Part shown: positions 38,215-48,408 of the stretch, in pieces
How positions within the stretch are numbered: the stretch's first letter is position 1
Layout: each line of letters opens with the position of its first letter
NCBI GenBank assembly: GCA_913045115.1
Contig: CAJWPJ010000003.1
Location: forward strand, 854 to 64,853
Length of the DNA stretch: 64,000 nt
Direction of reading: 5' to 3'
Origin: an uncultured Gammaproteobacteria bacterium
Lineage (GTDB): Bacteria > Pseudomonadota > Gammaproteobacteria > GCA-002705445 > GCA-002716945
Made by a program: the position numbers and the translations under genes
The notes under the pieces: model-generated
Database searches by the model: none
Seen by the model: only the letters and a program-made list of their open reading frames with translations
Told to the model about the DNA's origin: nothing

Positions 38215-39119
38215 TTTTTGAAAAATTAAAAAAAATAAAACCTTTTCACGCAATTGGTATCTTAATATTTCTAGGGCTATTGTATGGTTCAATTAATCTA
38301 TATAATAAAATCCAGTTCTATAAATCTTTCGCTAACCAAACTCGAACTATCTCTGTAGTAGCTGAGAGAGCTCAAATGGGACAAATAAATAAAATATATC
38401 CTGCAACATCAGTCATTGAATCTAATAAATCTTATGATGTTATTTCTAAAACAGATGGCATCCTAAATGATATTTATTTTAACGAATCATCTTTTGTAAA
38501 GAAAGGAGATCGATTATTTTCTATATTATCAGCTGCATCTGTAGGTGAAATAATTTTGTCTGCACCATTTGATGGTTATATTGGAATTACTGACTATAAG
38601 ATTGGAGATAAACTCAAAAATGGAGATCTACTTCTCACTCTTGATGATATGGTATTAATGAAAGCATATTTATATCTTCCTGAAAAAATACTACCTCAAA
38701 TAAAAGGACCAATTAAATTTAATGCTTACTCTAAACTATTTCCTGACGAATTATATACTGGTGAAATTACAAATCTTGATCAACGCGTTGATACTGATAC
38801 TAGAACTCTAAAATCTTATGCTTTGATTGAAAATGATTCTGGTTTCCTCAGACCTGGGATTCTTATGAATATTGATATAATTCTCGATGAAATAAACGAT
38901 GCGATTCTCATTCCTGAAAAATCAATCTTAACATCAAAGGATTACAGTTACGTATTTGTGGTAGAAAAGGATATAGCAAAACTCAGAAAAATTATTACAG
39001 GTGTTAGCAATGACGGAAATACGCAGATTTTAGAAGGCATACAATTAAATGATTTAGTTGTTACACTTGGCCACGAGAAGTTAAAAGATGGTTCTAAAGT
39101 AAAATTAATCGATAACTAA
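38211..39119 (+). CDS. RND efflux periplasmic adaptor lacking the alpha-helical hairpin
   Basis: Lipoyl halves VKKGDRLF and SAPFDGYIG are only ~10-13 aa apart; LPEK, TRTL, LRPG, IPEKSI, G..KLKDG. Confidence 0.85.
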   Translation: MIFEKLKKIKPFHAIGILIFLGLLYGSINLYNKIQFYKSFANQTRTISVVAERAQMGQINKIYPATSVIESNKSYDVISKTDGILNDIYFNESSFVKKGDRLFSILSAASVGEIILSAPFDGYIGITDYKIGDKLKNGDLLLTLDDMVLMKAYLYLPEKILPQIKGPIKFNAYSKLFPDELYTGEITNLDQRVDTDTRTLKSYALIENDSGFLRPGILMNIDIILDEINDAILIPEKSILTSKDYSYVFVVEKDIAKLRKIITGVSNDGNTQILEGIQLNDLVVTLGHEKLKDGSKVKLIDN

Positions 39120-42100
39120 TGCATATATCAGAAACAACTGTCAAAAGACCCGTACTTGCTGCTGTTCTAAGTTTATTTGTAACACTTATAGGCCTAGCGT
39201 CATACGATAAATTAACTATTCGTGAATATCCTGATATAGATAGACCAGTTGTTACAGTATCAACTGTCTATATGGGAGCCTCATCTAAAATCCTAGAGAG
39301 AGATGTAACAGAAATAATTGAAGATTCCTTATCTGGTATTTCTGGGATTCGTGAAATAACATCCGAGAGTAGAGATGAGCTGTCAAAAATAAGGATAGAG
39401 TTCACACTCGAGACTGATCTAGATACAGCAGCAAATGACGTTAGAGATAAAGTTTCAAGGGTAGCCCCATTGTTACCCGCCGAAGCAGAATCCCCTCGCA
39501 TTGCTAAGTCAGATTCTGATGCTAGAGCTATTATGTGGATAGGTTTTTCTAGCGATATACTGACTTCTATACAACTAAATGACTATTTAGATCGTAACAT
39601 AGTTGATAGATTATCAATTCAACCTGGAGTTGCATCAATTACTATTGGAGGTGAGAGAAAATACTCTGTAAGGGTGTGGATGGATCCTGAACAGATATCC
39701 TCAAGAGGATTAACAATCATTGATGTAATACAAGCTATTAAGAATGAAAACATAGAGAGGGGAGCAGGTAGATTTGAATCTATAGATAGAGAAATTGGGT
39801 TAAAGCTTGATTCAAAACTTTCAACACTCAACGAATATAATAAAATTGTTGTAAAGCATTATGGAGATTCAAAAATATATTTATCAGACGTTGCTGATAT
39901 TAAAATTGGTCCGGAGTCAGATAGAGGTTTTCTGAGAGCTAATAATAAGAGTGCAATAGGATTAGGAATTGTTAGACAAACTAAATCTAATGTCCTAGAT
40001 GTTGCCAATAATATCAAAGCAGAATTAGACCTTATCAGACCATCATTACCGGAAAACATTGAAATGACTATAGGTTATGATCAGTCAAAGTTTGTCAATG
40101 AATCAATTGGTGAAATAAGGTTTGCTCTTACAGTTTCTATGATTCTTGTTATTTTGATAATTTATTATTTTTTGTCATCTAAAACTGCCACAATAATTCC
40201 TGCAGTTACAATTCCAATATCAATTATTGGAACTTTCTTTATCATTTATATCTTCGGTTATTCTTTAAATGTACTCACATTCCTAGCACTAGTTTTAGCT
40301 ATCGGACTAATAGTTGATGATTCTATAGTTGTTATGGAGAATATAAAAAGACGAATCGAAAATGGAGAAGATAATTACTCTGCATCTATAAATGGAGCTA
40401 AGCAGATAACTTTTGTTGTCATAGCGACTACTCTTGTGTTAGTGAGTGTATTTTTACCCTTGTCTTTTATGGGGGGCAAAACAGGGAGACTATTCATTGA
40501 GTTTGGTGTTGTATTATCATTTGCAGTAATAATCTCAAGTTTTGTAGCTCTGACATTAACACCCATGATGTGTTCTAAAATCCTTGAGAAAAATCAAAAA
40601 AATACACAAAGAGAGTTATTTCTTAAATTCAAAAAATTTTATGAAAGATCTTTGATTGCATCACAAAAAAATACAAAAATAGTCTACAGTGCAACAATAA
40701 TATTTATTGTTATTTCTATTCTTTTATTCAAATTCTTACCAAAAGAATTAGCGCCATCAGAAGACAGAGGTATTTTCATTGTATCAGTAAATGGACCTGA
40801 GGGGTCATCATTAGATTACACAAATGGAATGGTGAAAAAAGTCGAAAAAATACTATCAGAGTATGTTGACAGGGGTGAAATTAAAACAGTATTTGCGATT
40901 GTCGCTCCTGGTTTTTCTGGTGAGCCCGGTAACGTAAACTCTGCGTTTATCTTTGCCTCTTTAATGCCATGGGAGGAAAGATCTAGGCATCAGAAAGATA
41001 TTGTACGTGAGATTTTTCCAAAATTAATATCTATGCCAGGAGCAATGATATTTACAATTAACCCTCCCAGTCTCGGGCAAAGTCCATTTAAATCTCCCGT
41101 AAGACTTGTTATTAGTGGAACAAATTATGATCAAGTTGGTGAGTGGGGAGAAACTATTAAAAATATTTCCCAAGATATAGGATTAAGAAATGCAAGGATA
41201 GATTATAAAGTTGATAAACCAAGATTAAATCTAAAGGTTAATAGAGATGCTGCCTCTAATCTTGGAGTTTCTGCGGAGGATATTGCTACTACTCTAGATG
41301 CACTTTATGGTTCAAGAAAAGTAACCAATTATTCTTATGATGGAATTACATACAATGTTATTGCAAAAGCTGATGATGATTTTCTAATCAATGAAAAAAA
41401 CTTAGACAACATTTTCATTAAATCCACTACTACAAAAAAACTCATTCCTCTTAGCAATCTAGTCAGTAACAATCTCGAAGCTACTAGTAAAAGCTTGAAA
41501 AGAGTCAACAGGTTACCCTCAGTAACATTATCTTCATCAATTGCTCCAGGATCATCTCTAGGTAACACTTTAAATGATCTAATAAGTGAATCATCTAAAG
41601 TTCTTCCTGCTAGTGCGAAAATTTCTTTCGCTGGAGCTTCAAAAGAATATTTTGAAACAGGATATAAACTTGAATTAACAATTTTAATGGCAATATTAGT
41701 TGTGTACCTTGTGCTATCAGCACAATTTGAAAGTTTTAGAAATCCATTAATTATAATTCTAACAGTTCCTATAACTATGACTGCTGGAATCTATGCGCTA
41801 TTCGTTACAGGTACTTCATTGAATGTTTATAGTCAAATTGGTTTTTTGATGTTAATTGGACTTATAGCAAAAAATGGAATACTGGTAGTAGAATTTGCAA
41901 ATCAATTGATAGCAGAGGGAATGAAAAAGTCACAAGCTGTAATCGAATCATCTTTAATTAGGTTTAGACCAGTTATAATGACAACACTATCAACGCTTCT
42001 GGGAGCAATTCCATTAATTCTGAGTTCAGGTGCAGGAGCAGAGAGTCGTTTTGCAATGTCTGTTGTTGTATTCGGTGGCATTGCATTAGCATCTTTTATA

Positions 42101-42151
42101 ACTTTATATTTAATACCTGCGTTATATCTACTAATTGAAAAAGACGATTAG
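39119..42151 (+). CDS. RND efflux permease (AcrB/HAE1 family)
   Basis: KRPVLA, REYPDID.P, AIGLIVDDSIVVMENI, QFES, GLIAKNGILVVEFA, RFRPVIMT. Confidence 0.95.
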   Translation: MHISETTVKRPVLAAVLSLFVTLIGLASYDKLTIREYPDIDRPVVTVSTVYMGASSKILERDVTEIIEDSLSGISGIREITSESRDELSKIRIEFTLETDLDTAANDVRDKVSRVAPLLPAEAESPRIAKSDSDARAIMWIGFSSDILTSIQLNDYLDRNIVDRLSIQPGVASITIGGERKYSVRVWMDPEQISSRGLTIIDVIQAIKNENIERGAGRFESIDREIGLKLDSKLSTLNEYNKIVVKHYGDSKIYLSDVADIKIGPESDRGFLRANNKSAIGLGIVRQTKSNVLDVANNIKAELDLIRPSLPENIEMTIGYDQSKFVNESIGEIRFALTVSMILVILIIYYFLSSKTATIIPAVTIPISIIGTFFIIYIFGYSLNVLTFLALVLAIGLIVDDSIVVMENIKRRIENGEDNYSASINGAKQITFVVIATTLVLVSVFLPLSFMGGKTGRLFIEFGVVLSFAVIISSFVALTLTPMMCSKILEKNQKNTQRELFLKFKKFYERSLIASQKNTKIVYSATIIFIVISILLFKFLPKELAPSEDRGIFIVSVNGPEGSSLDYTNGMVKKVEKILSEYVDRGEIKTVFAIVAPGFSGEPGNVNSAFIFASLMPWEERSRHQKDIVREIFPKLISMPGAMIFTINPPSLGQSPFKSPVRLVISGTNYDQVGEWGETIKNISQDIGLRNARIDYKVDKPRLNLKVNRDAASNLGVSAEDIATTLDALYGSRKVTNYSYDGITYNVIAKADDDFLINEKNLDNIFIKSTTTKKLIPLSNLVSNNLEATSKSLKRVNRLPSVTLSSSIAPGSSLGNTLNDLISESSKVLPASAKISFAGASKEYFETGYKLELTILMAILVVYLVLSAQFESFRNPLIIILTVPITMTAGIYALFVTGTSLNVYSQIGFLMLIGLIAKNGILVVEFANQLIAEGMKKSQAVIESSLIRFRPVIMTTLSTLLGAIPLILSSGAGAESRFAMSVVVFGGIALASFITLYLIPALYLLIEKDD

Positions 42152-42474
42152 TTCTTTGGGATTATTTTTAAACCCTTTTGTTTTGAATAGTATGTTGATA
42201 AATCAATGATGTCTTGTTCGGAGAGGCCTGCAGCGAATCCACTCATAATAGCATTGTTTCTCTCACCACTTTTGTATGCATTTAATGCATGAATAAGATA
42301 ATTCTTATATTGACCCGCTAGTCGAGGATACATTTTGTTCTCACCATTACCATCAGCCCCATGACATGCAGAGCAAGTAGCGGATTTATCTTTTCCTCGA
42401 TCATAACTGGCATCCGCATGAACTTGATGTGAAAACACAAAAACTAGACAAATTATGTATAGAATATTTTTCAT
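42148..42474 (-). CDS. Monoheme class I cytochrome c (c4-like half)
   Basis: Signal peptide, CSACH, YPRLAGQ, axial Met in NAIM. Confidence 0.9.
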   Translation of the reverse strand: MKNILYIICLVFVFSHQVHADASYDRGKDKSATCSACHGADGNGENKMYPRLAGQYKNYLIHALNAYKSGERNNAIMSGFAAGLSEQDIIDLSTYYSKQKGLKIIPKN

Positions 42475-42776
42475 TTAACTGATTCGAAATAGTTAGCTAT
42501 GTCATTGATATCTTGATCGCTTAAACCTGATGCATTAGCATGCATTGTGTCATGTTTGCGTTCACCTCTTTGGTATGCTTTCAGTGCAGAGACTATATAA
42601 TCAGAATGCTGTCCTCCTAGTTTTGGAACTTTATAGGTAGGATATGTGTTGTTGTAACCCTCAATTGCATGACAGCCCAGGCAAGTCTCTGATTTCTCTT
42701 TTCCTGTGTACTCATCTGCATGAGTCATTGGTATTAATATTATTATAATTGCGAGGCTTTTGAGTATAGCTTTCAT
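42471..42776 (-). CDS. Monoheme class I cytochrome c (c4-like half)
   Basis: Signal peptide, CLGCH, YPTYKVPKLGGQ, HDTM. Confidence 0.9.
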   Translation of the reverse strand: MKAILKSLAIIIILIPMTHADEYTGKEKSETCLGCHAIEGYNNTYPTYKVPKLGGQHSDYIVSALKAYQRGERKHDTMHANASGLSDQDINDIANYFESVK

Positions 42777-42874
42777 AAAATTTGTGGCATTATAGCATTA
42801 AATTTAAAAGAGATAAAAGAAGATTTTTTTTGTATAATTACAGGTGACATCATTAAAGATTTAAATCAATAAGA

Positions 42875-43087
42875 ATGCCAATATACGAATATAAATGCGA
42901 AGATTGCGATAAAGTTTTTGAGGTAATTCAAAAAATATCTGATAAAAAGCTCACTAAATGTAAGTTTTGCAAAAATGGCACAGTCTATCGCATGGTCTCC
43001 TCATCAGGTTTTAGACTGAAAGGTTCAGGCTGGTATGAAACTGATTTTAAAACAAAGAAATCAGATACAAAGAAAACGGAAACATAA
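42875..43087 (+). CDS. FmdB-family zinc ribbon protein
   Basis: MPIYEYKCEDC...CKFC...FRLKGSGWYETDF; upstream of aspS. Confidence 0.9.
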   Translation: MPIYEYKCEDCDKVFEVIQKISDKKLTKCKFCKNGTVYRMVSSSGFRLKGSGWYETDFKTKKSDTKKTET

Positions 43088-43090
43088 TAT

Positions 43091-44851
43091 ATGGAAAGAT
43101 CCTATTGCGGTTTCATTGATATTGAATCTGTCGATGAAACTCTTAATATCAAAGGTTGGGTTAACACACGCAGAGACCATGGCGGAGTTATATTTATCGA
43201 TTTAAGAGATCACACGGGGCTTGTACAAGTAGTCTTTAACCCAGAAGAAAAAGAAATATTCGAAGCTGCACAAGCTATACGATCTGAGTATGTGCTAGAG
43301 ATATGCGGGCTTGTAAAAAAGAGGTTAGATGGCACATATAATCCTGAAATGTCTACAGGCAAGATAGAGATAATTGCTAAGAAATTGACTATCCTCAATA
43401 TATCAAAAACTACACCGTTTAAAGTCAATGACGAAAGCACCAACGAAGACCTGAGATTACAATATAGATATGTCGACTTGAGAAGTAATTACATGCAAGC
43501 TAATTTAAGGTTTAGATCAAAACTATTCAGCGTGATTAGAAATCATTTGGGTGATTTAGAGTTCAATGAAATTGAAACTCCGATTCTTACAAAACCTACA
43601 CCCGAAGGAGCGAGGGATTATATCGTTCCTAGTAGAGTTCATAAAGGCAGTTTTTTTGCGCTGCCTCAATCACCACAATTATTTAAACAAATGTTAATGA
43701 TATCTGGTCTAGATAAATATTATCAAATAGCAAAATGTTTTCGTGATGAAGACTTGAGAGCAGATCGCCAACCTGAATTCACACAACTTGATATAGAGTG
43801 TTCATTTTATGATGAAGAAGATATTATGTGTTTATCTGAGTCATTGATGCAAAAGATATTCTCTGAATTAATCGATAAAGATATTATCTTAAACTTTCCA
43901 AAAATTACTTTTAAGGAATCAATTGAAAAGTATGGATGTGATAAACCAGATCTAAGGAATCCGCTCCATCTAGTCGATATATCAGCTCATCTAGTCAATA
44001 CAGAGTTTAAAGTATTCAAAGATTGTATCAACAATCCTGATAAGCGTATCGTTGCACTTAATATTCCAGGTGGATCAAAACTCACTAGAAAGAATATTGA
44101 TGACTATACTGATACTGTAAAGACATTCGGAGCTAAAGGTCTAGCTTATTTTAAAATCGAGGATTTAAGCGACACTGATAAAGGGATAAGTTCTCCAATC
44201 AAGAAGTTTTTAAGCTCTGATGAGATTAATAAAATAATTAAATCTGTTAAACCATCAAATGGAGATTTAATCTTTTTTTCAGCTGACACAGCAGATGTTG
44301 TAAATAATTCAATGTCGACATTGATTTCAAAGATAGGTGCTGATTTAGATTTAATAAAAAGTGGATTCAAGTTTGCGTGGATAGTAGATTATCCTATGTT
44401 TGAATATGAAAAAGGGACTAAGAATTTAACGTCTCTTCATCACCCCTTTACTTCCCCAGTGTCAAATTCTCAAGACTTTAATGATAAAACGCTCTCACGA
44501 GCATATGACCTAACACTCAATGGAAATGAAATTGGGGGAGGTTCAGTGCGTATCCATGAAAAATCAGAACAACTAAAAGTCTTTCAAGCACTAAAGCTGA
44601 CTGATAGTGAAATAGATAGCAAATTTGGCTTTTTTCTAAAATCTTTGGAATATGGTTGTCCGCCTCATGCAGGTATAGCTTTTGGGCTAGATAGAATAGT
44701 TATGTTACTAAGAAACTTAAACTCTATTAGAGATACAATTGCATTTCCAAAAACACAATCATCATCATGCCTTCTGACAGAGGCTCCAACTGAAATTGAC
44801 CTCGAACAATTAAAAGAGCTTGCTATAAAAACTAATAAGCCAAAAACATGA
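43091..44851 (+). CDS. aspS: Aspartate--tRNA ligase, likely non-discriminating Asp/Asn type
   Basis: RRDHGG (His typical of ND-AspRS), PEGARDY, ALPQSPQLFKQ, FRDEDLRADRQPEFTQLD, PPHAGIAFGLDR. Confidence 0.98.
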   Translation: MERSYCGFIDIESVDETLNIKGWVNTRRDHGGVIFIDLRDHTGLVQVVFNPEEKEIFEAAQAIRSEYVLEICGLVKKRLDGTYNPEMSTGKIEIIAKKLTILNISKTTPFKVNDESTNEDLRLQYRYVDLRSNYMQANLRFRSKLFSVIRNHLGDLEFNEIETPILTKPTPEGARDYIVPSRVHKGSFFALPQSPQLFKQMLMISGLDKYYQIAKCFRDEDLRADRQPEFTQLDIECSFYDEEDIMCLSESLMQKIFSELIDKDIILNFPKITFKESIEKYGCDKPDLRNPLHLVDISAHLVNTEFKVFKDCINNPDKRIVALNIPGGSKLTRKNIDDYTDTVKTFGAKGLAYFKIEDLSDTDKGISSPIKKFLSSDEINKIIKSVKPSNGDLIFFSADTADVVNNSMSTLISKIGADLDLIKSGFKFAWIVDYPMFEYEKGTKNLTSLHHPFTSPVSNSQDFNDKTLSRAYDLTLNGNEIGGGSVRIHEKSEQLKVFQALKLTDSEIDSKFGFFLKSLEYGCPPHAGIAFGLDRIVMLLRNLNSIRDTIAFPKTQSSSCLLTEAPTEIDLEQLKELAIKTNKPKT

Positions 44852-45840
44852 TTGAATCTAACTACAAAAAAAGATTAGAGCAAGTAAAAGCTTTTCTTGA
44901 CGATAATGACGCAAAGCTTATATCACACTATTATGTAGATTCTGAAATTCAGAGACTTACAGAAGATACAGGTGGCTGTGTTGCAGATTCACTTCAAATG
45001 GCTAAGTTTGGCACCCAACAAAAACAGAAAAATCTAATTATTGCAGGTGTTAGATTCATGGGTGAGACAGCGAAGATACTTAATCCAGAAAAAAATATAT
45101 ATGTCTTAGATAAAGATGCTACGTGTTCTCTAGACGATAGTTGCGAAGTAGATTCCTTTAAAAAGTTTTGTGATAAATATTCTAACAGAGAAATTGTGGT
45201 CTACGCGAATACCAGTGCAGATGTAAAAGCTATTTCTGATTGGGTAGTTACATCAAGTATAGCTATTCCTCTTGTTGAAAACTTAGCAAGTCAAGGCAAG
45301 AAAATTATATGGGCTCCTGATAAATATCTAGGGTCTTACATTAAAGATCAAACAGGAGTGGACATGATCATGTGGGACGGAGCTTGCATAGTGCATGAAG
45401 AATACAAAACTATAGAACTCAAAAAACTTATTCATGAGTTGGGCGATTGTGAAGTTCTAGTTCATCCTGAGTCTCCGAGAAGTATAATTCAGCTTGCTGA
45501 TGTTGTTGGATCAACAACAAAGCTAATTAATGCATCTAAAATCAGCAAATCTAAAAATATTATAGTTGCTACTGAGAAAGGAATATTCTATCAAATGAAA
45601 AAACTATCACCTGATAAAAACTTCTTTGAAGCTCCCACTGAAGGGGAGGGTGCAACATGTAAGAGTTGTGGTAGATGTCCATGGATGCACCTGAATACAT
45701 TTGATAAACTGAAAGGTGTAATAAATCAAAAAAATGAAATTAGTCTTAACGAAAAGACTATAGCAAACGCGAAAAAATCAATTAATAGAATGATTGAATT
45801 TGAAGATAAATATTATCAAAAAAATAAGAGGGCATCATAA
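44848..45840 (+). CDS. nadA: Quinolinate synthase
   Basis: HYY, DSL, GVRFMGETAK, ATCSL, YANTSA, ACIVHEE, HPES, C..CPWM. Confidence 0.96.
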   Translation: MIESNYKKRLEQVKAFLDDNDAKLISHYYVDSEIQRLTEDTGGCVADSLQMAKFGTQQKQKNLIIAGVRFMGETAKILNPEKNIYVLDKDATCSLDDSCEVDSFKKFCDKYSNREIVVYANTSADVKAISDWVVTSSIAIPLVENLASQGKKIIWAPDKYLGSYIKDQTGVDMIMWDGACIVHEEYKTIELKKLIHELGDCEVLVHPESPRSIIQLADVVGSTTKLINASKISKSKNIIVATEKGIFYQMKKLSPDKNFFEAPTEGEGATCKSCGRCPWMHLNTFDKLKGVINQKNEISLNEKTIANAKKSINRMIEFEDKYYQKNKRAS

Positions 45841-46553
45841 TGGCGGGTCATAGTAAATGGGCTAATATTCAACACAGAAAAAAAGCGCAAGACAATAAGA
45901 GGGGAAAAGTTTTTACTAAGATAATTAGAGAAATTACCGTAGCTGTAAAGCTAGCTGGCCCCGACATAAGTAGTAACTCGAGACTGAGACTCGCTATGAC
46001 TAAAGCTAATAAGAATAGTGTGCCTAAAGATACAATTGAAAGGGCTATAAAAAAAGGCTCAGGACAAAGCGATAGTTCATTTGAGGAAATAACATATGAA
46101 GGATATGGCCCAAAAGGAATAGCAGTAATCATTGAATGTCTTACTGATAATAAAAACCGAACTGTATCTGAAGTAAGACATGCTTTAACTAAATATAATG
46201 GTAGTCTTGGGACTAAAGGATCAGTTTCTCATCTGTTTAAGAAAATTGGAATTCTTACACTTATTGATACATCAGAAGATGACTTGATAAATCTAATTGA
46301 TGATGTAGAAATCTTGGATTATGAGCAGACTGATGATGATTGTGTTATCAATACGGAACCAACTAATTTATTTGCAGTTAAAACCTTCTTTGAATCTAAA
46401 TCTATCAAAACAAAAGATGAAGAATTAATACTTGAACCTACAACTATGTGTGATATTGGTGAAAACGATTTAGAACAGATTGAGCTATTTACAGATAATT
46501 TAGAGGATTTAGATGATGTTCAAAATATATATACGAACATTAACGTAATATAA
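45840..46553 (+). CDS. yebC: YebC/PmpR family protein
   Basis: MAGHSKWANIQHRK, YEGYGP, TDNKNRT, LEDLDDVQNIYTN. Confidence 0.96.
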   Translation: MAGHSKWANIQHRKKAQDNKRGKVFTKIIREITVAVKLAGPDISSNSRLRLAMTKANKNSVPKDTIERAIKKGSGQSDSSFEEITYEGYGPKGIAVIIECLTDNKNRTVSEVRHALTKYNGSLGTKGSVSHLFKKIGILTLIDTSEDDLINLIDDVEILDYEQTDDDCVINTEPTNLFAVKTFFESKSIKTKDEELILEPTTMCDIGENDLEQIELFTDNLEDLDDVQNIYTNINVI

Positions 46554-46559
46554 AATATC

Positions 46560-47057
46560 ATGACAGTTATATTGGGAATTGATCCAGGTACAAATGTTAC
46601 AGGATATGGAATCGTCAAGTTAGAGCAATCTAATCTTACTTATTTGCACCACGAGATTCTTAAAACTGGTCTCAAAAATTTATATACCGTTAAATTATCT
46701 TTGATTTACGATAATACAAAAAGACTAATACAGCTTTATCAACCAGACGTAGTAGCACTAGAGTCTGTATTTTTCAGTGTCAATGCAGGTACGGCTATAA
46801 AATTGGGTCAAGCTCGGGGCGCAGCTTTATCTGCGTGTAGTGGGGAGAACAGAAATGTTTATGAATACAGCCCAAGAAGAGTCAAAATGATTATTACTGG
46901 GAATGGAGCTGCAGATAAATCAGAGGTCCAAAAGTATGTAAAGAAAAAATTAAGATTAAGAAGAAAACTTGAAGAAGACGCATCAGATGCACTAGGAGTA
47001 GCGCTTTGCCATGGTGTAACGTCAACTGATACTCCAAATGATATTAAGCCAATTTAG
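46560..47057 (+). CDS. ruvC: Holliday junction resolvase
   Basis: ILGIDPG, ALESVF, KLGQARG, GNGAADK, DASDALGVALCH. Confidence 0.96.
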   Translation: MTVILGIDPGTNVTGYGIVKLEQSNLTYLHHEILKTGLKNLYTVKLSLIYDNTKRLIQLYQPDVVALESVFFSVNAGTAIKLGQARGAALSACSGENRNVYEYSPRRVKMIITGNGAADKSEVQKYVKKKLRLRRKLEEDASDALGVALCHGVTSTDTPNDIKPI

Positions 47058-47066
47058 AAAAATATA

Positions 47067-47708
47067 ATGGATACACTTATAATTAATGAAATTTTTTACT
47101 CCATACAAGGAGAAACCTCTCGTTCAGGCTTTCCTACAACATTTGTTAGACTTACAGGCTGTCCTCTGAGGTGCTCATATTGTGATACTGAATATGCATT
47201 CAAAAATGGCTCGAAGATGTCATTTGATCAGATAGTCTCTACAATAAAAAAAAATGACTCTTTATATGTAACTGTGACAGGAGGAGAACCACTCGCACAG
47301 AAGAGCGTTATTCCGTTCTTAAGGTATCTTTGTGACATGGATTACTCTGTATCTATTGAGACAAGCAATGCATATGACATATCAGATATTGATTCAAGGG
47401 TTTCAGTTATTTTGGATGTTAAAACTCCTGCTTCTATGGAATCAGATAAAAATATGATCTCTAATTATAAAAAGCTTAAACCTCTCGATGAGATAAAGTT
47501 TGTTATTTGTAATGTGGATGATTTTAATTGGTCAAGGAATTATATTTCCTCGCATAATCTTGATTCTCTCTGCCCAATTTTGTTTTCTCCATCATATGAT
47601 GATATGCCAATATCTGAACTCGCAGACCTTATTCTTAAACATTCAATGAATGTAAGACTTCAAGCGCAACTTCATAAAACTATTTGGGGTCCAGTTGATG
47701 GGAAATAA
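47067..47708 (+). CDS. queE: 7-carboxy-7-deazaguanine synthase (radical SAM)
   Basis: EIFYSIQGE, RLTGCPLRCSYCDT, TGGEPL, QLHK.IW. Confidence 0.95.
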   Translation: MDTLIINEIFYSIQGETSRSGFPTTFVRLTGCPLRCSYCDTEYAFKNGSKMSFDQIVSTIKKNDSLYVTVTGGEPLAQKSVIPFLRYLCDMDYSVSIETSNAYDISDIDSRVSVILDVKTPASMESDKNMISNYKKLKPLDEIKFVICNVDDFNWSRNYISSHNLDSLCPILFSPSYDDMPISELADLILKHSMNVRLQAQLHKTIWGPVDGK

Positions 47709-48372
47709 AAGGGCTCTTATTTTGTATTCCGGAGGACTAGACTCTACAACTGTTCTTCATCATGCCTTATCTCATGATTATGATTGCATAGCTCTTACTA
47801 TAGATTACAATCAAAGACATTCATATGAAGTCAAGTCTAGTCAAGAATATCTTAGACAAGAAAATATAGAGGGTTTAATTTTCAAAATCGATCTATCTCA
47901 AATAGGAGGTTCTGCGTTAACAGACAATGAACTTAAAGTACCCATGAAACATCAATCTGGGATCCCCATAACTTACGTTCCTGCAAGAAACACAATTTTT
48001 TTATCTATAGCATCAGCATATGCAGAGAAACTATCGATCTCTGAGATCTTTATTGGGGTTAACCAGATTGACTATTCAGGTTATCCAGATTGCAGACCTG
48101 AGTTTATAGACAGTATTAAAAGCACTATTAATTTAGGGACAAAAGCCGGTGTAGATGGTGATTCAATTTCAATAAATGCTCCACTCATGAATATGTCAAA
48201 AAGAGAAATTATACTTTATGGCATAGAATTGGGCATTGATTATTCCAGAACTGTATCTTGCTATCAATTAGATAGTGAAGGAGACGCATGTGGGGAGTGT
48301 GACTCATGCAAATTTCGAAAGGAAGGTTTTAGATTAGCCGGTATTAAGGATCCAACTAGATATAAAAATTGA
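47698..48372 (+). CDS. queC: 7-cyano-7-deazaguanine synthase
   Basis: SGGLDS, TYVPARNTIFLS, DYSGYPDCRP, SCY...ACGECDSC. Confidence 0.96.
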   Translation: MGNKRALILYSGGLDSTTVLHHALSHDYDCIALTIDYNQRHSYEVKSSQEYLRQENIEGLIFKIDLSQIGGSALTDNELKVPMKHQSGIPITYVPARNTIFLSIASAYAEKLSISEIFIGVNQIDYSGYPDCRPEFIDSIKSTINLGTKAGVDGDSISINAPLMNMSKREIILYGIELGIDYSRTVSCYQLDSEGDACGECDSCKFRKEGFRLAGIKDPTRYKN

Positions 48373-48408
48373 AAATTTATTAAAAATATATAAACTGTGA
48401 TTTTGTAC

